From: an uncultured Acidobacteriota bacterium
Lineage (GTDB): Bacteria; Acidobacteriota; JAQAZP01
Assembly (NCBI GenBank): GCA_963836075.1
Contig: CAWIIB010000009.1
Span: 1,248,001-1,312,000, forward strand
Length of the DNA stretch: 64,000 nucleotides
Reading direction: 5' to 3'
Shown here: in pieces, positions 28,263 through 36,954 of the stretch
Position numbering within the stretch: position 1 is the first letter of the stretch
How the letters are laid out: every line of letters starts with the position of its first letter
Notes under the pieces: generated by a model
What the model was told of the DNA's origin: nothing
Seen by the model: the letters and a program-made list of their open reading frames with translations, nothing else
Database searches by the model: none
Position numbers and translations under genes: made by a program

Positions 28263-29150
28263 CTATTCAACAATAATACTGATTACTGCTTTATCGATTG
28301 AGTCAAGTGCTCCACCTTCCAGTTTGCATTTTATATTGATCTTGCAGTTTCCCTCATCTTCTTCTATTTCTCTTGATTTGTATTCCGATGATACAATATC
28401 ACCAGAATCATTATAAAGTGAAATTCCTATGGATGCGTTATAGTCTCGTTTTCCTGAATTACCTGTATTTAATGTGAATATAATAATATTCCTATTGTTC
28501 AACTTTTCTTTTCTCGTAATGATTAAATCCCTGAAGTAAATAGGACGCATGAAATAATTGATATTATGAATATGAGTATTCATATCGATCGTAAATATGA
28601 CTTCGCCAATACCCTTTTGTTCGATAATGATTCCATCGCTATCGTCAATGCGGGAACGATTGACTATATTGACATTATTGGTTGTATTCAATTCAGGATA
28701 TGGCCATGACGTGCCGTCAGAGAAGGTTACTGAGGTGATGGATACGGTATAGCGCTTGATCTTGGTTTCAGGCGGTTCAAGGTGTAATTTACCAGTTCCT
28801 GAATTGCCAGGGAGTACCGGTGGATCACACTCCACGGATGAGTTAATCGTATGGACTATCTTTCCTTTCTTGTCATAACCAACCCATGTGGCGCTAATGG
28901 AGGTAATGTGTTTTTGTGATCGATTTACGAAAGGGAATACATAGACAATTGGATTAGATTTTAATACTTGCGCTCCCCAGGCAAAATCGGCGGGGCAGTC
29001 ATAAGATCTAATTAATTTAAGCTTGTATTTGCCTCCAAAGGTAAATTCTACACTCTGGCCGAAGCTATCTGAATGAGAAACTAATATAATCATTGTAATG
29101 CAGACTAATGATATAAAGATTGGTCGTGATGGCGCCTGAATATATATCAC
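28263..29150 (-). CDS. Hypothetical exported beta-rich protein (very AT-rich cassette)
   Basis: 295 aa ORF filling the cassette, with an N-terminal hydrophobic segment. Confidence 0.75.
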   Translation of the reverse strand: MIYIQAPSRPIFISLVCITMIILVSHSDSFGQSVEFTFGGKYKLKLIRSYDCPADFAWGAQVLKSNPIVYVFPFVNRSQKHITSISATWVGYDKKGKIVHTINSSVECDPPVLPGNSGTGKLHLEPPETKIKRYTVSITSVTFSDGTSWPYPELNTTNNVNIVNRSRIDDSDGIIIEQKGIGEVIFTIDMNTHIHNINYFMRPIYFRDLIITRKEKLNNRNIIIFTLNTGNSGKRDYNASIGISLYNDSGDIVSSEYKSREIEEDEGNCKINIKCKLEGGALDSIDKAVISIIVE

Positions 29151-29183
29151 TGCGTTTACTCCATTTGAAACGAAATATTAATG

Positions 29184-29299
29184 AGATAACGTCACCCATC
29201 ACCTGCGGACAGGTGGCACGGCCGTTGGCACAAGGAGAACGACCGGCTGCTCAGCAATGGCCGTGACACCTGGACGCCAGGTGAATGGGCTGGTTAGAA
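29184..29299 (-). repeat. attC site, family B
   Basis: 116 bp, TTCTAAC...GTTATCT on the minus strand. Confidence 0.95.
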
Positions 29300-29309
29300 G
29301 GCTCTTCAG

Positions 29310-29621
29310 TTAACCAACACTTATCTGAACCTGCTTGATCATTCTGAGATCGTCTGATTCAGTGCGTTGGGCGTGGTAAAGATCCCAGCGTAGCTGTAGG
29401 TTCATCCAGAATGCGGCAGAATTTCCAAAGAATTTTGAGAGGCGAAGAGCAGTGCTTGGAGTGATGCCCCTTTTCCGGTTGATGAGCTCATTAATCCGTT
29501 GGTAGGGCACACGGATGCCGTTGGCCAAATCACGCTGGGTGATGTTCATTGGCACCAAGAACTCTTCGAGGAGCATTTCGCCAGGGTGTGTGGGCTCTCG
29601 ATGTGTTGGAACTCTAATCAT
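29310..29621 (-). CDS. higA: HigA-family antitoxin
   Basis: PTHPGEMLLEEFL...RINELI..KRGITPSTALRL..FFG...FWMNLQ. Confidence 0.9.
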   Translation of the reverse strand: MIRVPTHREPTHPGEMLLEEFLVPMNITQRDLANGIRVPYQRINELINRKRGITPSTALRLSKFFGNSAAFWMNLQLRWDLYHAQRTESDDLRMIKQVQISVG

Positions 29622-29639
29622 ATGAGATGCCCTCCTCTA

Positions 29640-29933
29640 TCAATGGTAGTCAACAATCTCTACTTCAAGCGGGCCTTTTTCAGACCAACCGAAGCAGATT
29701 CGATATTGGTCATTAATTCGGATGCTATATTGCCCTCGCCGGTCACCGGATAGCGGTTCGAGCCTGTTACCGAAGGGTACCCGTAAATCATCAAGCTGAT
29801 CGGCGGAATCAAGCAATTCTAGCTTTCTCGCCGCCACTTTCCACACTTGACGGGGGCAAGCTTTCCTTGCACGGCTCGTATTCTTGCCGTTGAAAATATC
29901 TTCAGTTCCACTGTCTGAAAACGACCTTATCAT
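29640..29933 (-). CDS. higB: HigB-family toxin
   Basis: MIRSF...NRLEPLSGDRRGQYSIRINDQYRICF...VEIVDYH. Confidence 0.95.
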   Translation of the reverse strand: MIRSFSDSGTEDIFNGKNTSRARKACPRQVWKVAARKLELLDSADQLDDLRVPFGNRLEPLSGDRRGQYSIRINDQYRICFGWSEKGPLEVEIVDYH

Positions 29934-29983
29934 GATAGCATTATAACACGGATAGTGTGCTATGATAAATTAATTTTCACGCC

Positions 29984-30133
29984 TTCTAACGCCCCACATC
30001 AGCGGCAAGCCCCGGCGCGCTGGTTGCATCATGAAAGCCAGGTAGCGGGGACACTGGCCTGATGATCGACCGAGCGAGCGGTTTGCAACCAGCGTGACGG
30101 ATTCGGCTTGCCCGTTGAATGTGGTTGTTATCT
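29984..30133 (-). repeat. attC site, family A
   Basis: 150 bp, AGATAAC...GTTAGAA on the minus strand. Confidence 0.95.
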
Positions 30134-30366
30134 TTTGGCTTTAACAACCCTTCTAGACGCTTAACGGCAATCCACTTCCCGCTGTGCTATTCAGTTCTCT
30201 TAGTGCTATCAGCCTTTCCAGGCCGCTTGGTATGACTTCTTTGGAAATATTATAAGCTATCACCAGTGGCAGATCTTCCTCCGCCATCTTCCTGGCTTTT
30301 GGCCTTTCAGGCTTCTACGGCCTCACTAGACCCTGAATTCTCTTCAAACCCTTACATCTTTCCGAA
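30134..30366. other. Apparently ORF-less cassette (233 bp insert), non-coding element copy 2
   Basis: Bounded by two intact attC sites, with no ORF of 60 aa or more. There is only a 44-aa ORF at 30287-30153 (-). Confidence 0.8.
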
Positions 30367-30512
30367 AGATAACGTGCCAAATCAGCGGCAAGCCCCGGCG
30401 CGCTGGTTGCTGTGGCATTGCCTTACAGCGATTTAACGGGCCATCTGATTGACCGCTCGGTTTGCAACCAGCGTGACGGAATTGGCTTGCCCGTTGAATT
30501 TGGTTGTTATCT
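30367..30512 (-). repeat. attC site, family A
   Basis: 146 bp, AGATAAC...GTTATCT. Confidence 0.95.
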
Positions 30513-30523
30513 TTAGACTTCAT

Positions 30524-30633
30524 TTCTCATCGGCCCTCAAAAACCCGAGAAGCCATCTTCAACCACCAGCAATATTCAGTTACTGTAGAGACGTTGACAA
30601 GAAATCAATCTTCAGGATCTCTTCGAACCATCA
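30524..30633. repeat. Conserved cassette non-coding element, copy 3
   Basis: TTCTCA..GGCCCTCAAA.A.CC.GAGAAGCCATCTT.AACCACC...TTCAGTT.CTG.AGAG...TCGAACCATCA is shared with 23539-23650. Confidence 0.8.
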
Positions 30634-30648
30634 CCCCGGCACTCACTC

Positions 30649-31176
30649 TCATACCGTGAGCGACTGTCGGCCAATCTTTGTTTTAATAAACGTTGTCCAT
30701 TCGTTCATCTCGGTATTATCAGCAAAGATCCGCTTAGGTATCCTGGCAAGACCTAACGGTTCTGTGTGGACGACTAACATCGTGGGCATATCTTCGAATC
30801 GAACCACAGTGTCCCAAGCCATCCTCAATTCATGGCCCTGCTTTCGGAAAACAAGCGCATCCTCAGACAGTTCATATTCCGCCGGTATCGATTCCTTCGT
30901 GCCCTGGGCTTTTATCAGCATCTTCCGGATGTTGTTCTTTGTGATCGGCCCGATAGCGAGGATGAAGAAAGCTGTCGGAAAGAAAGACAACATGGCTGCC
31001 AAAATTACCTTCACCCATGGTTCATCATTTGGGACAATGAAGTAGAAGAAAAAGGTGAGCACTGGGAGCCATAACAACCCCATCCAACGCTGCTTACGCA
31101 GCTGGCCGGTCATTTTTGCTAGTTCGTATCCCGTGTTGACGGCTTCTTGAAGCCTGGATTCATAGGCTTTCTTCAT
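30649..31176 (-). CDS. YcxB-like two-TM membrane protein (cassette gene)
   Basis: Two TM helices followed by YELSEDAL...MAWD...IPKRIF. Confidence 0.65.
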   Translation of the reverse strand: MKKAYESRLQEAVNTGYELAKMTGQLRKQRWMGLLWLPVLTFFFYFIVPNDEPWVKVILAAMLSFFPTAFFILAIGPITKNNIRKMLIKAQGTKESIPAEYELSEDALVFRKQGHELRMAWDTVVRFEDMPTMLVVHTEPLGLARIPKRIFADNTEMNEWTTFIKTKIGRQSLTV

Positions 31177-31200
31177 TTCATTTCCTTACAGCTTTCCAAA

Positions 31201-31348
31201 AGATAACGCCCCACATCAGCGGCAAGCCGGCCGGTGCGCTGGTTGCTCCGGCAATGCTTGAAAGCGCCGACACGGGCCATCTGATTTACCCACCAGAATG
31301 CAACCAGCGTGACGGATTCGGCTTGGCCGTTGCATGTGGTTGTTAGGC
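31201..31348 (-). repeat. attC site, family A
   Basis: 148 bp, GCCTAAC...GTTATCT on the minus strand. Confidence 0.95.
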
Positions 31349-31359
31349 CGAGCTTTGCT

Positions 31360-31836
31360 TCAATGAACACGCTTCAGTTGCACCTTGGCCCTATGAGTTT
31401 GCCTCGGAAATTCCCAAAATGTCTCTGCTGTTCCTACAAGTCGCTCACCTGAGATAGTTACCGTCATATAGATCCCGCCGTATCCAGTGCTGAAACAAAT
31501 TTCGATTTTGCCATCCTTACGAATCTCCCAAAATGAGTAGCTGTGGATGACTTTAGAACCATCCGGAAAGGGCTTTATTAGACGAACACTTTGATCTTCC
31601 GGCTTCGGCCCTGGTGCCTTCTCTGTGCTAAGCGATATTTGGTGAGGTGGAGTGAAGTATTGGATGTCAGCTCCCAATTCCAGTGCCGGCTCCCAGTCAC
31701 CCAACTCAACTTCATACGGACCAGACAAATCTATTGGATCAAGCTTCAACGGAGGCTCATTTGATAAGCCGACTGGACATATGCAAAAGGCTGTCAATAA
31801 CACTGTGGCGCATAGAATATGTTTTGTCATAATCAT
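31360..31836 (-). CDS. Hypothetical exported protein, first cassette after attI
   Basis: 158 aa with an N-terminal hydrophobic segment and a GGAG RBS right after GTTAGGC. Confidence 0.75.
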   Translation of the reverse strand: MIMTKHILCATVLLTAFCICPVGLSNEPPLKLDPIDLSGPYEVELGDWEPALELGADIQYFTPPHQISLSTEKAPGPKPEDQSVRLIKPFPDGSKVIHSYSFWEIRKDGKIEICFSTGYGGIYMTVTISGERLVGTAETFWEFPRQTHRAKVQLKRVH

Positions 31837-31847
31837 GCTTTTCTCCG

Positions 31848-31866
31848 GCCTAACAATTGATTATCT
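31848..31866 (-). other. attI recombination site
   Basis: Minus strand reads AGATAAT-caatt-GTTAGGC (L box, 5 bp, R box). It is not part of a long palindrome and is complementary to R'' of the first attC. Confidence 0.85.
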
Positions 31867-32161
31867 GGAATTCCGTATATTAGCTTTTTTGAGTTATTTC
31901 TTGAGTCGAACTCGGCCTTGGGTTGTCTGGTGACCTGATGGCATGAGATCTGCATAACTCATGAAGTATCTAATACATACTAGCTGGGTTTGGCGAGAAT
32001 GACAAGTGATTACGTGATACGCAATGAAGGATTTTTCCAGATAAGCCCGGCTGGACGATGATATGTGGAAGGCTGGGTAAGCAGTAATATCATCACTGTG
32101 TGGATATCTTGTTCGCATGGAAGTCTGTATAAGCACGATATTCCGTTGATATCTGGAAAGG

Positions 32162-33181
32162 ATGGCCGAGGTCAGACGAAGATTCAAGTGGCGAGGATGG
32201 TTCGTGCCTGAACAGCATGACGACCTGGCGGGATTTGCTACGTGGCTCCGCAAGCAGCGCATGGCCCGTGAGAACCGGATTCCCTACTTCATCAAATGGG
32301 TCCGGCGGTTCCAGGTGCTGGCCCGGGGACGGCCGCCGGTGGAATCCTGGTACGATACGCTGAGCGTGTTCCTCGAGGACCTCGAGCAGGGTGGTGTCCC
32401 GGACTGGCAGATCAGGCAAGCCGCTGATGCGGTCACGCTCTTCTGTAGCCAGTTCCGCGATGACGCCGGAGATGGCACAGTGCCGGGTTTGACGGAAGGG
32501 AGCGATCCGGCATCCCCTACCGGTCGATCCGCGGGAGAGAGCAGCATTCCCGAGAGTCCGGAAGCGATGATCAGCGAACTTGGGCGGGTGCTCCGCCTCC
32601 GCCACTATTCGCCGCGGACCGTGCGCAGCTACTTGGGCTGGGTGCGCCGGTACCTGGAGTACCTGGAGAAAACCGGCGGCAGCCCGGGCTCGCGGGAGGC
32701 AAAGTCATTCCTCAGCCAGCTGGCCACAGTGGGTCGGGTCGCCGCGTCGACGCAAAACCAGGCGTTCAACGCACTCCTCTTCCTGCACCGCAACGTGCTG
32801 CACGACGAACTGGCCGACATGTCGTCCACGCTGAGGGCCCGGCGAGGGCGCAAGCTTCCCGTGGTACTGTCGGTCGAGGAAGTTCGCGACATCCTCTCCC
32901 GGCTAGAGGGCACCTCCCGCCTGATGATCGAAATGATCTACGGCGGCGGGCTGCGCCTGAGCGAGCTGGTTCGGCTGCGGGTCAAGGACATCGATTTCGA
33001 TGCGGGGACGATCACCGTGCGCTCGGGCAAGGGGGACAAGGACCGTGTGACCCTGCTGCCCGATCGGTTGCACGGCAGCGCACCGGGATTCCGCTCTGCG
33101 TCGCCGCCAGGCCGGAGAGGGGGCCGCAGGAAACTCGGGACCATTCAAGGCGGAAGCTGGCGCGTCAAGGGGAGCCGGTGA
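32162..33181 (+). pseudogene. intI: Integron integrase, C-terminally truncated (homology ends at about 33070)
   Basis: HYSPRT..SY..W, ASTQNQAFNALLFL, KLPVVLSVEEV, YGGGLRLSE..RLRVKDIDF and GKGDKDRVTLLP are present. There is no HxxRH or catalytic Tyr region. Confidence 0.9.
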
Positions 33182-35368
33182 TCATCCCCGCAGGCGTTCG
33201 GCGAGGCGGGTGTAGCGCTGGCGGATTTTGTCGTTCTTCACCGCCAGGGTCACCGCCCGGCGGCTGCCCACCAGCACCACCAGTTTTTTGCCCCGGGTGA
33301 TCCCGGTGTAGAGCAGGTTGCGCTGCAGCATCAGGTAGTGCTGGGTGTGGATCGGGATGACCACCGCCGGGTATTCACTGCCCTGGGATTTGTGTACCGA
33401 GCAGGCGTAGGCCAGGACCAGCTCGTCCAGGTCGAGGGCGTCGTAGCGCACCAGGCGGCTGTCGAAGCGAACCGTCACTTCCCGCGCCTTCTCGTCCACC
33501 ATCACGATCCGGCCGATGTCCCCGTTGTAGACGTTGAGGTCGTAGTTGTTGCGTATCTGCATCACCTTGTCCCCGATGCGAAACCCCTTGGCGCCGGTGC
33601 CCACCGCCGCGCCCTCGGGATTGAGCAGCCGCTGCAACTCGCTGTTCAGGTTGGCGGCGCCGATGGTGCCGCGGTGCATCGGTGAGAGGACCTGGATGTC
33701 GTCCAGCGGGTCGAGGTGGAAGCGCTGGGGAATGCGGCGAGCCACCAGCTCGAGGATGGTGGACAGCGCCTCCTCCGGCTCGTCACGCTCGATGAAGAAA
33801 AAATCGAGGTCGTCGCCGGCCAGCTCGAGATTGGGCACCTGGCCCCTGTTGATCAGGTGGGCGTTGACCACGATTGAGCTCTCCTGGGCCTGACGGAAGA
33901 TCTCGGTGAGCCGGGCCACCTCCACGGCGCCGCAGCGGATCAGGTCGCGCAGCACGCTCCCCGGTCCCACCGAGGGCAGCTGGTCCATGTCGCCCACCAG
34001 GATCAGCTGGCACCAGGGGGGCAGGGCGGCGAGGATCGACTGGAAGAGCGAGATGTCCACCATCGACACTTCGTCGACGATAAGCACGTCGGCCTCCAGC
34101 GGGTTGTCCTGGTGGTGGTCGAAACCGAAGTTCCGCGGGTTGAACTTCAGCAGCCGGTGGACGGTTTTGGCCTCGCGGCCGGTGGCTTCCTGCATTCGCT
34201 GGGCCGCCCGGCCGGTGGGGGCGCAGAGCAGGATCCGCCGCCCCTTCTTCTCCAGGATGCTGATCACGCCCTTGACCAGGGTGGTCTTGCCGGTGCCCGG
34301 GCCGCCGGTGATCACCAGCACCTTGCCGGAGAGGGCGCGGCTGATCGCCTCCCTCTGTTTCTCGGCCAGCTGGATCTGCTGCCGCTCCTCGAACCAGGCC
34401 AGCGCCCTGGGCACGTCGATGGCCACCGGGTTCACCGGCGTTTCCAGCAGCCGGCGCAGCAGTTTCGCCGCGCTATCCTCGCGGGCGTATAGCGTCCGGA
34501 GGAAGACGGCGTCGTCATCGGCCAGTACGCCCTGCTCCACCACCAGTCGCGAGTCACGGCCCGCCGAGGCGGCGTCCACGGCGCCAGCCACCACCTCTTC
34601 GGGAACGCCGAGCATCTCCGCGGTGCGCGAGACCAGCTCCCGGGCCGGCACGAAGACGTGGCCTTCCTCCGAGGCCTGCCCCAGGCTGTAGAGGGTGCCC
34701 GCCTCGGCCCGTTGCGTCGACGCCGGCTCCACGCCGAGGCTGGACGCGATCCGGTCGGCGGTCTTGAAGCCGATGCCGTGGAAGTCGGTGGCCAGCCGGT
34801 AGGGATTGTCCCGAACCATCCGCACCGCGTCGTTGCCGTATTTCTTGTAGATGCGGATGGCGAAGGCGGTGGAGACGGAGTAGGACTGGAGGAAGATCAT
34901 CACATCCTTGATCTCCCGCTGTTCGGCCCACGACTCGCGGATCAGCCGGGCCCGCACCTTGCCGATCCCCTCCACCTCGGTGAGCCGTTTGCTCTTTCTT
35001 TCGATCACCTCCAGGGTCCGTTTGCCGAAGTGCTTGACCAGCCGTTCGGCCATCACCTTGCCGATGCCCTTGATCAGCCCCGAGCCGAGGTATTTCTCGA
35101 TCCCTTCCAGCGTACCGGGGAGCACCGACTGGAACGACGCGGCCTTGAACTGCCGGCCGTACTTGGGGTCGCGGACCCAGTTGCCGGTGAGCTTGAGGCT
35201 CTCGCCGGGCTGGACGCCGAGGAAGTTGCCCACCGCGGTCACCGTGTCCCGCCGGCCGGGGACCGACAGCCGTACCACGCTCCAGCCGTCGTCCTCGTTG
35301 CGGTAGACAAAGTGGTCCAGCACGGCTTCCAGCTGTTCGGCGGGTTGTGATGGTGCGTCGGCGCTCAA
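33182..35368 (-). CDS. recD2: ATP-dependent RecD2-like DNA helicase
   Basis: HhH repeats, TGGPGTGKTT, APTGRAA, DEVSM, GDMDQLPSV, HKSQGSE. Confidence 0.95.
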   Translation of the reverse strand: MSADAPSQPAEQLEAVLDHFVYRNEDDGWSVVRLSVPGRRDTVTAVGNFLGVQPGESLKLTGNWVRDPKYGRQFKAASFQSVLPGTLEGIEKYLGSGLIKGIGKVMAERLVKHFGKRTLEVIERKSKRLTEVEGIGKVRARLIRESWAEQREIKDVMIFLQSYSVSTAFAIRIYKKYGNDAVRMVRDNPYRLATDFHGIGFKTADRIASSLGVEPASTQRAEAGTLYSLGQASEEGHVFVPARELVSRTAEMLGVPEEVVAGAVDAASAGRDSRLVVEQGVLADDDAVFLRTLYAREDSAAKLLRRLLETPVNPVAIDVPRALAWFEERQQIQLAEKQREAISRALSGKVLVITGGPGTGKTTLVKGVISILEKKGRRILLCAPTGRAAQRMQEATGREAKTVHRLLKFNPRNFGFDHHQDNPLEADVLIVDEVSMVDISLFQSILAALPPWCQLILVGDMDQLPSVGPGSVLRDLIRCGAVEVARLTEIFRQAQESSIVVNAHLINRGQVPNLELAGDDLDFFFIERDEPEEALSTILELVARRIPQRFHLDPLDDIQVLSPMHRGTIGAANLNSELQRLLNPEGAAVGTGAKGFRIGDKVMQIRNNYDLNVYNGDIGRIVMVDEKAREVTVRFDSRLVRYDALDLDELVLAYACSVHKSQGSEYPAVVIPIHTQHYLMLQRNLLYTGITRGKKLVVLVGSRRAVTLAVKNDKIRQRYTRLAERLRG

Positions 35369-35372
35369 GGGA

Positions 35373-36698
35373 TCAGTTGTCCTCCTCGAACCAGCTGTCG
35401 GCCACCAGGGAGTCGATGATCTGCTGGCCGCGGTGCCCGGTGAGCGGGTGCTCCACCATGGACAGCTCGTCGGCCAGGGCCATGGCCACCACTGCCGGCG
35501 GCTCTCCGCTTTTCTTCGAGCGCTCCAGCACCCGGGTGGCGGCCTGGTGGATCGAGTGCTCCCACTCCTTCTCCAGATGGCGTTCGATCATCGGGTCGTG
35601 GTTCACCGAGCCGTCCTGTTCGTTGGCGCAGTTGACGATGCCCATCCGGTTGGTCAGGAAATCCGGGACGTAGAGGATGCCCCGTTCGTGGAGCAGGCGG
35701 TCATCCCGGGCCGCGTCCTCCAGCTGGTTGTTGGCCGCACCGCAGACGACTTTCGCGCGGATCATCGGGATGGTCTCCGGGTTGAGCACCGCGCCGCAGG
35801 CGCAGGGGGAGAGGATGTCGCACTGCTCGGCAAAGATCGAAAGGTCATCGGGCGCCACGATTCGCGGTTCCACCAGCTCGTCGGGGAACGACTGGCGGAT
35901 CGGTTCGGCCAGGGCGGGGTTGATGTCACAGGCCGTCACGTGGGCCACCTTTTTCTCCAGCAGGAAGCGGATCATCGGGGCGGCCACGTTGCCCATGCCC
36001 TGGACCGCCACCGTCTTGCCTTCCAGGGTGCCGTCGTTGAGGAAGGCAAGCGCTGCCTCCATGCCGGCCACCACCCCGCGGGCGGTTGGCGCCGAGGGGT
36101 TGCCGCTGCCGCCCACGCCCTGGGGGATGCAGGTGGTGAAGCGGGTGCGGGTAAAGATGTTGGCCATGTCGGTGACGTGGGTCCCCACGTCCTCGGCGGT
36201 GACGTAACAGCCGCGGATGGCGGTCATCAGCTCGCCGAACTCGCGATAGATGTCTTCGCGGATGTCATGGTCGTATTTATCAACCTCGGGGTTGTGGGCC
36301 ATCACCCCCTTGCCGCCGCCCCACCAGAGTCCGGCCAGGGCGTTCTTGCGGGTCATGCCCTTGGCCAGGCGCAGCCCGTCCCGCAGATAGTCCTCCATGG
36401 TCTCGTACTGCCAGTAGCGCACCCCGCCGGCGGCCTGACCGCGCCGGGTGCGGTGGACAAAGGCGCCCTGCAGGGTGTCGTGCTCGTGGCTCACCTGGAA
36501 GAAAGCCCCTTCGTGCTCCATGAAGTCCCGCTGGTCGGCCAGGATGAAATCGGCCACCGGTTGCAGCTGGGGGTGCGAGGCGGTCATTCTCCCGCCGCCC
36601 GGGTCATAGACGAAGTGGAAGCGTCGGATGCCCTCGGCGTGGAGGAAGCGGACAAATTCCTGGGGGTGCATGTTCAGCAGCGGACGGTTGGTACTCAT
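35373..36698 (-). CDS. Glu/Leu/Phe/Val amino acid dehydrogenase
   Basis: GGVR, GMTRK, GGGKG, TAEDVGT, QGMGNV, GAANNQL, PDFLTN. Confidence 0.9.
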   Translation of the reverse strand: MSTNRPLLNMHPQEFVRFLHAEGIRRFHFVYDPGGGRMTASHPQLQPVADFILADQRDFMEHEGAFFQVSHEHDTLQGAFVHRTRRGQAAGGVRYWQYETMEDYLRDGLRLAKGMTRKNALAGLWWGGGKGVMAHNPEVDKYDHDIREDIYREFGELMTAIRGCYVTAEDVGTHVTDMANIFTRTRFTTCIPQGVGGSGNPSAPTARGVVAGMEAALAFLNDGTLEGKTVAVQGMGNVAAPMIRFLLEKKVAHVTACDINPALAEPIRQSFPDELVEPRIVAPDDLSIFAEQCDILSPCACGAVLNPETIPMIRAKVVCGAANNQLEDAARDDRLLHERGILYVPDFLTNRMGIVNCANEQDGSVNHDPMIERHLEKEWEHSIHQAATRVLERSKKSGEPPAVVAMALADELSMVEHPLTGHRGQQIIDSLVADSWFEEDN

Positions 36699-36954
36699 GA
36701 TTTCAACCTGTTTGAGAAAGTATTGAAAACAAAGGTTTCCGATGCCCCAAGGGGGCGGAGTGCCCGAACGGACGGCGATATTATCGCACAGGTGGCAGGA
36801 TTTGACATGCTCCCGGTGCAATTCCACCGAAAGACGATGCCGATCGGGACATGCGGTGGGTTTTGTCAGTTTTTTCTTTCGTATTGTATGTTCTGCTGTT
36901 ACCATAGCGTACACGTTCGCGGACGGCCCGCATCAGCCCGAAAACATAATCCGA

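Larger units (their letters stand above)
19822..33070 (-). mobile_element. Integron: cassette array, attI and truncated intI
   Basis: Co-oriented, short, lower-GC ORFs separated by palindromic attC sites bounded by RYYYAAC/GTTRRRY-type cores, with a divergent IntI-type recombinase. The distal boundary is approximate. Confidence 0.95.

Noticed and set aside
25038-31348. Recurrent repeats read as a CRISPR array
   Set aside because: The units are 116-150 bp palindromes separated by gene-sized inserts, with integron core motifs and no cas genes. They are attC sites.
30449-31370. ORFs spanning attC sites (30449-31045 +, 31173-31370 -)
   Set aside because: They are chance open frames through palindromic repeats or antisense to cassette genes.
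33060-33175. Minus-strand GGAATCCCGGTGCG...CTGCCGTGCAACCG resembling a cobalamin riboswitch
   Set aside because: The complementary TCC arm is missing, part of the match may be intI coding sequence, and no downstream B12 gene is present. It would need an Rfam hit.
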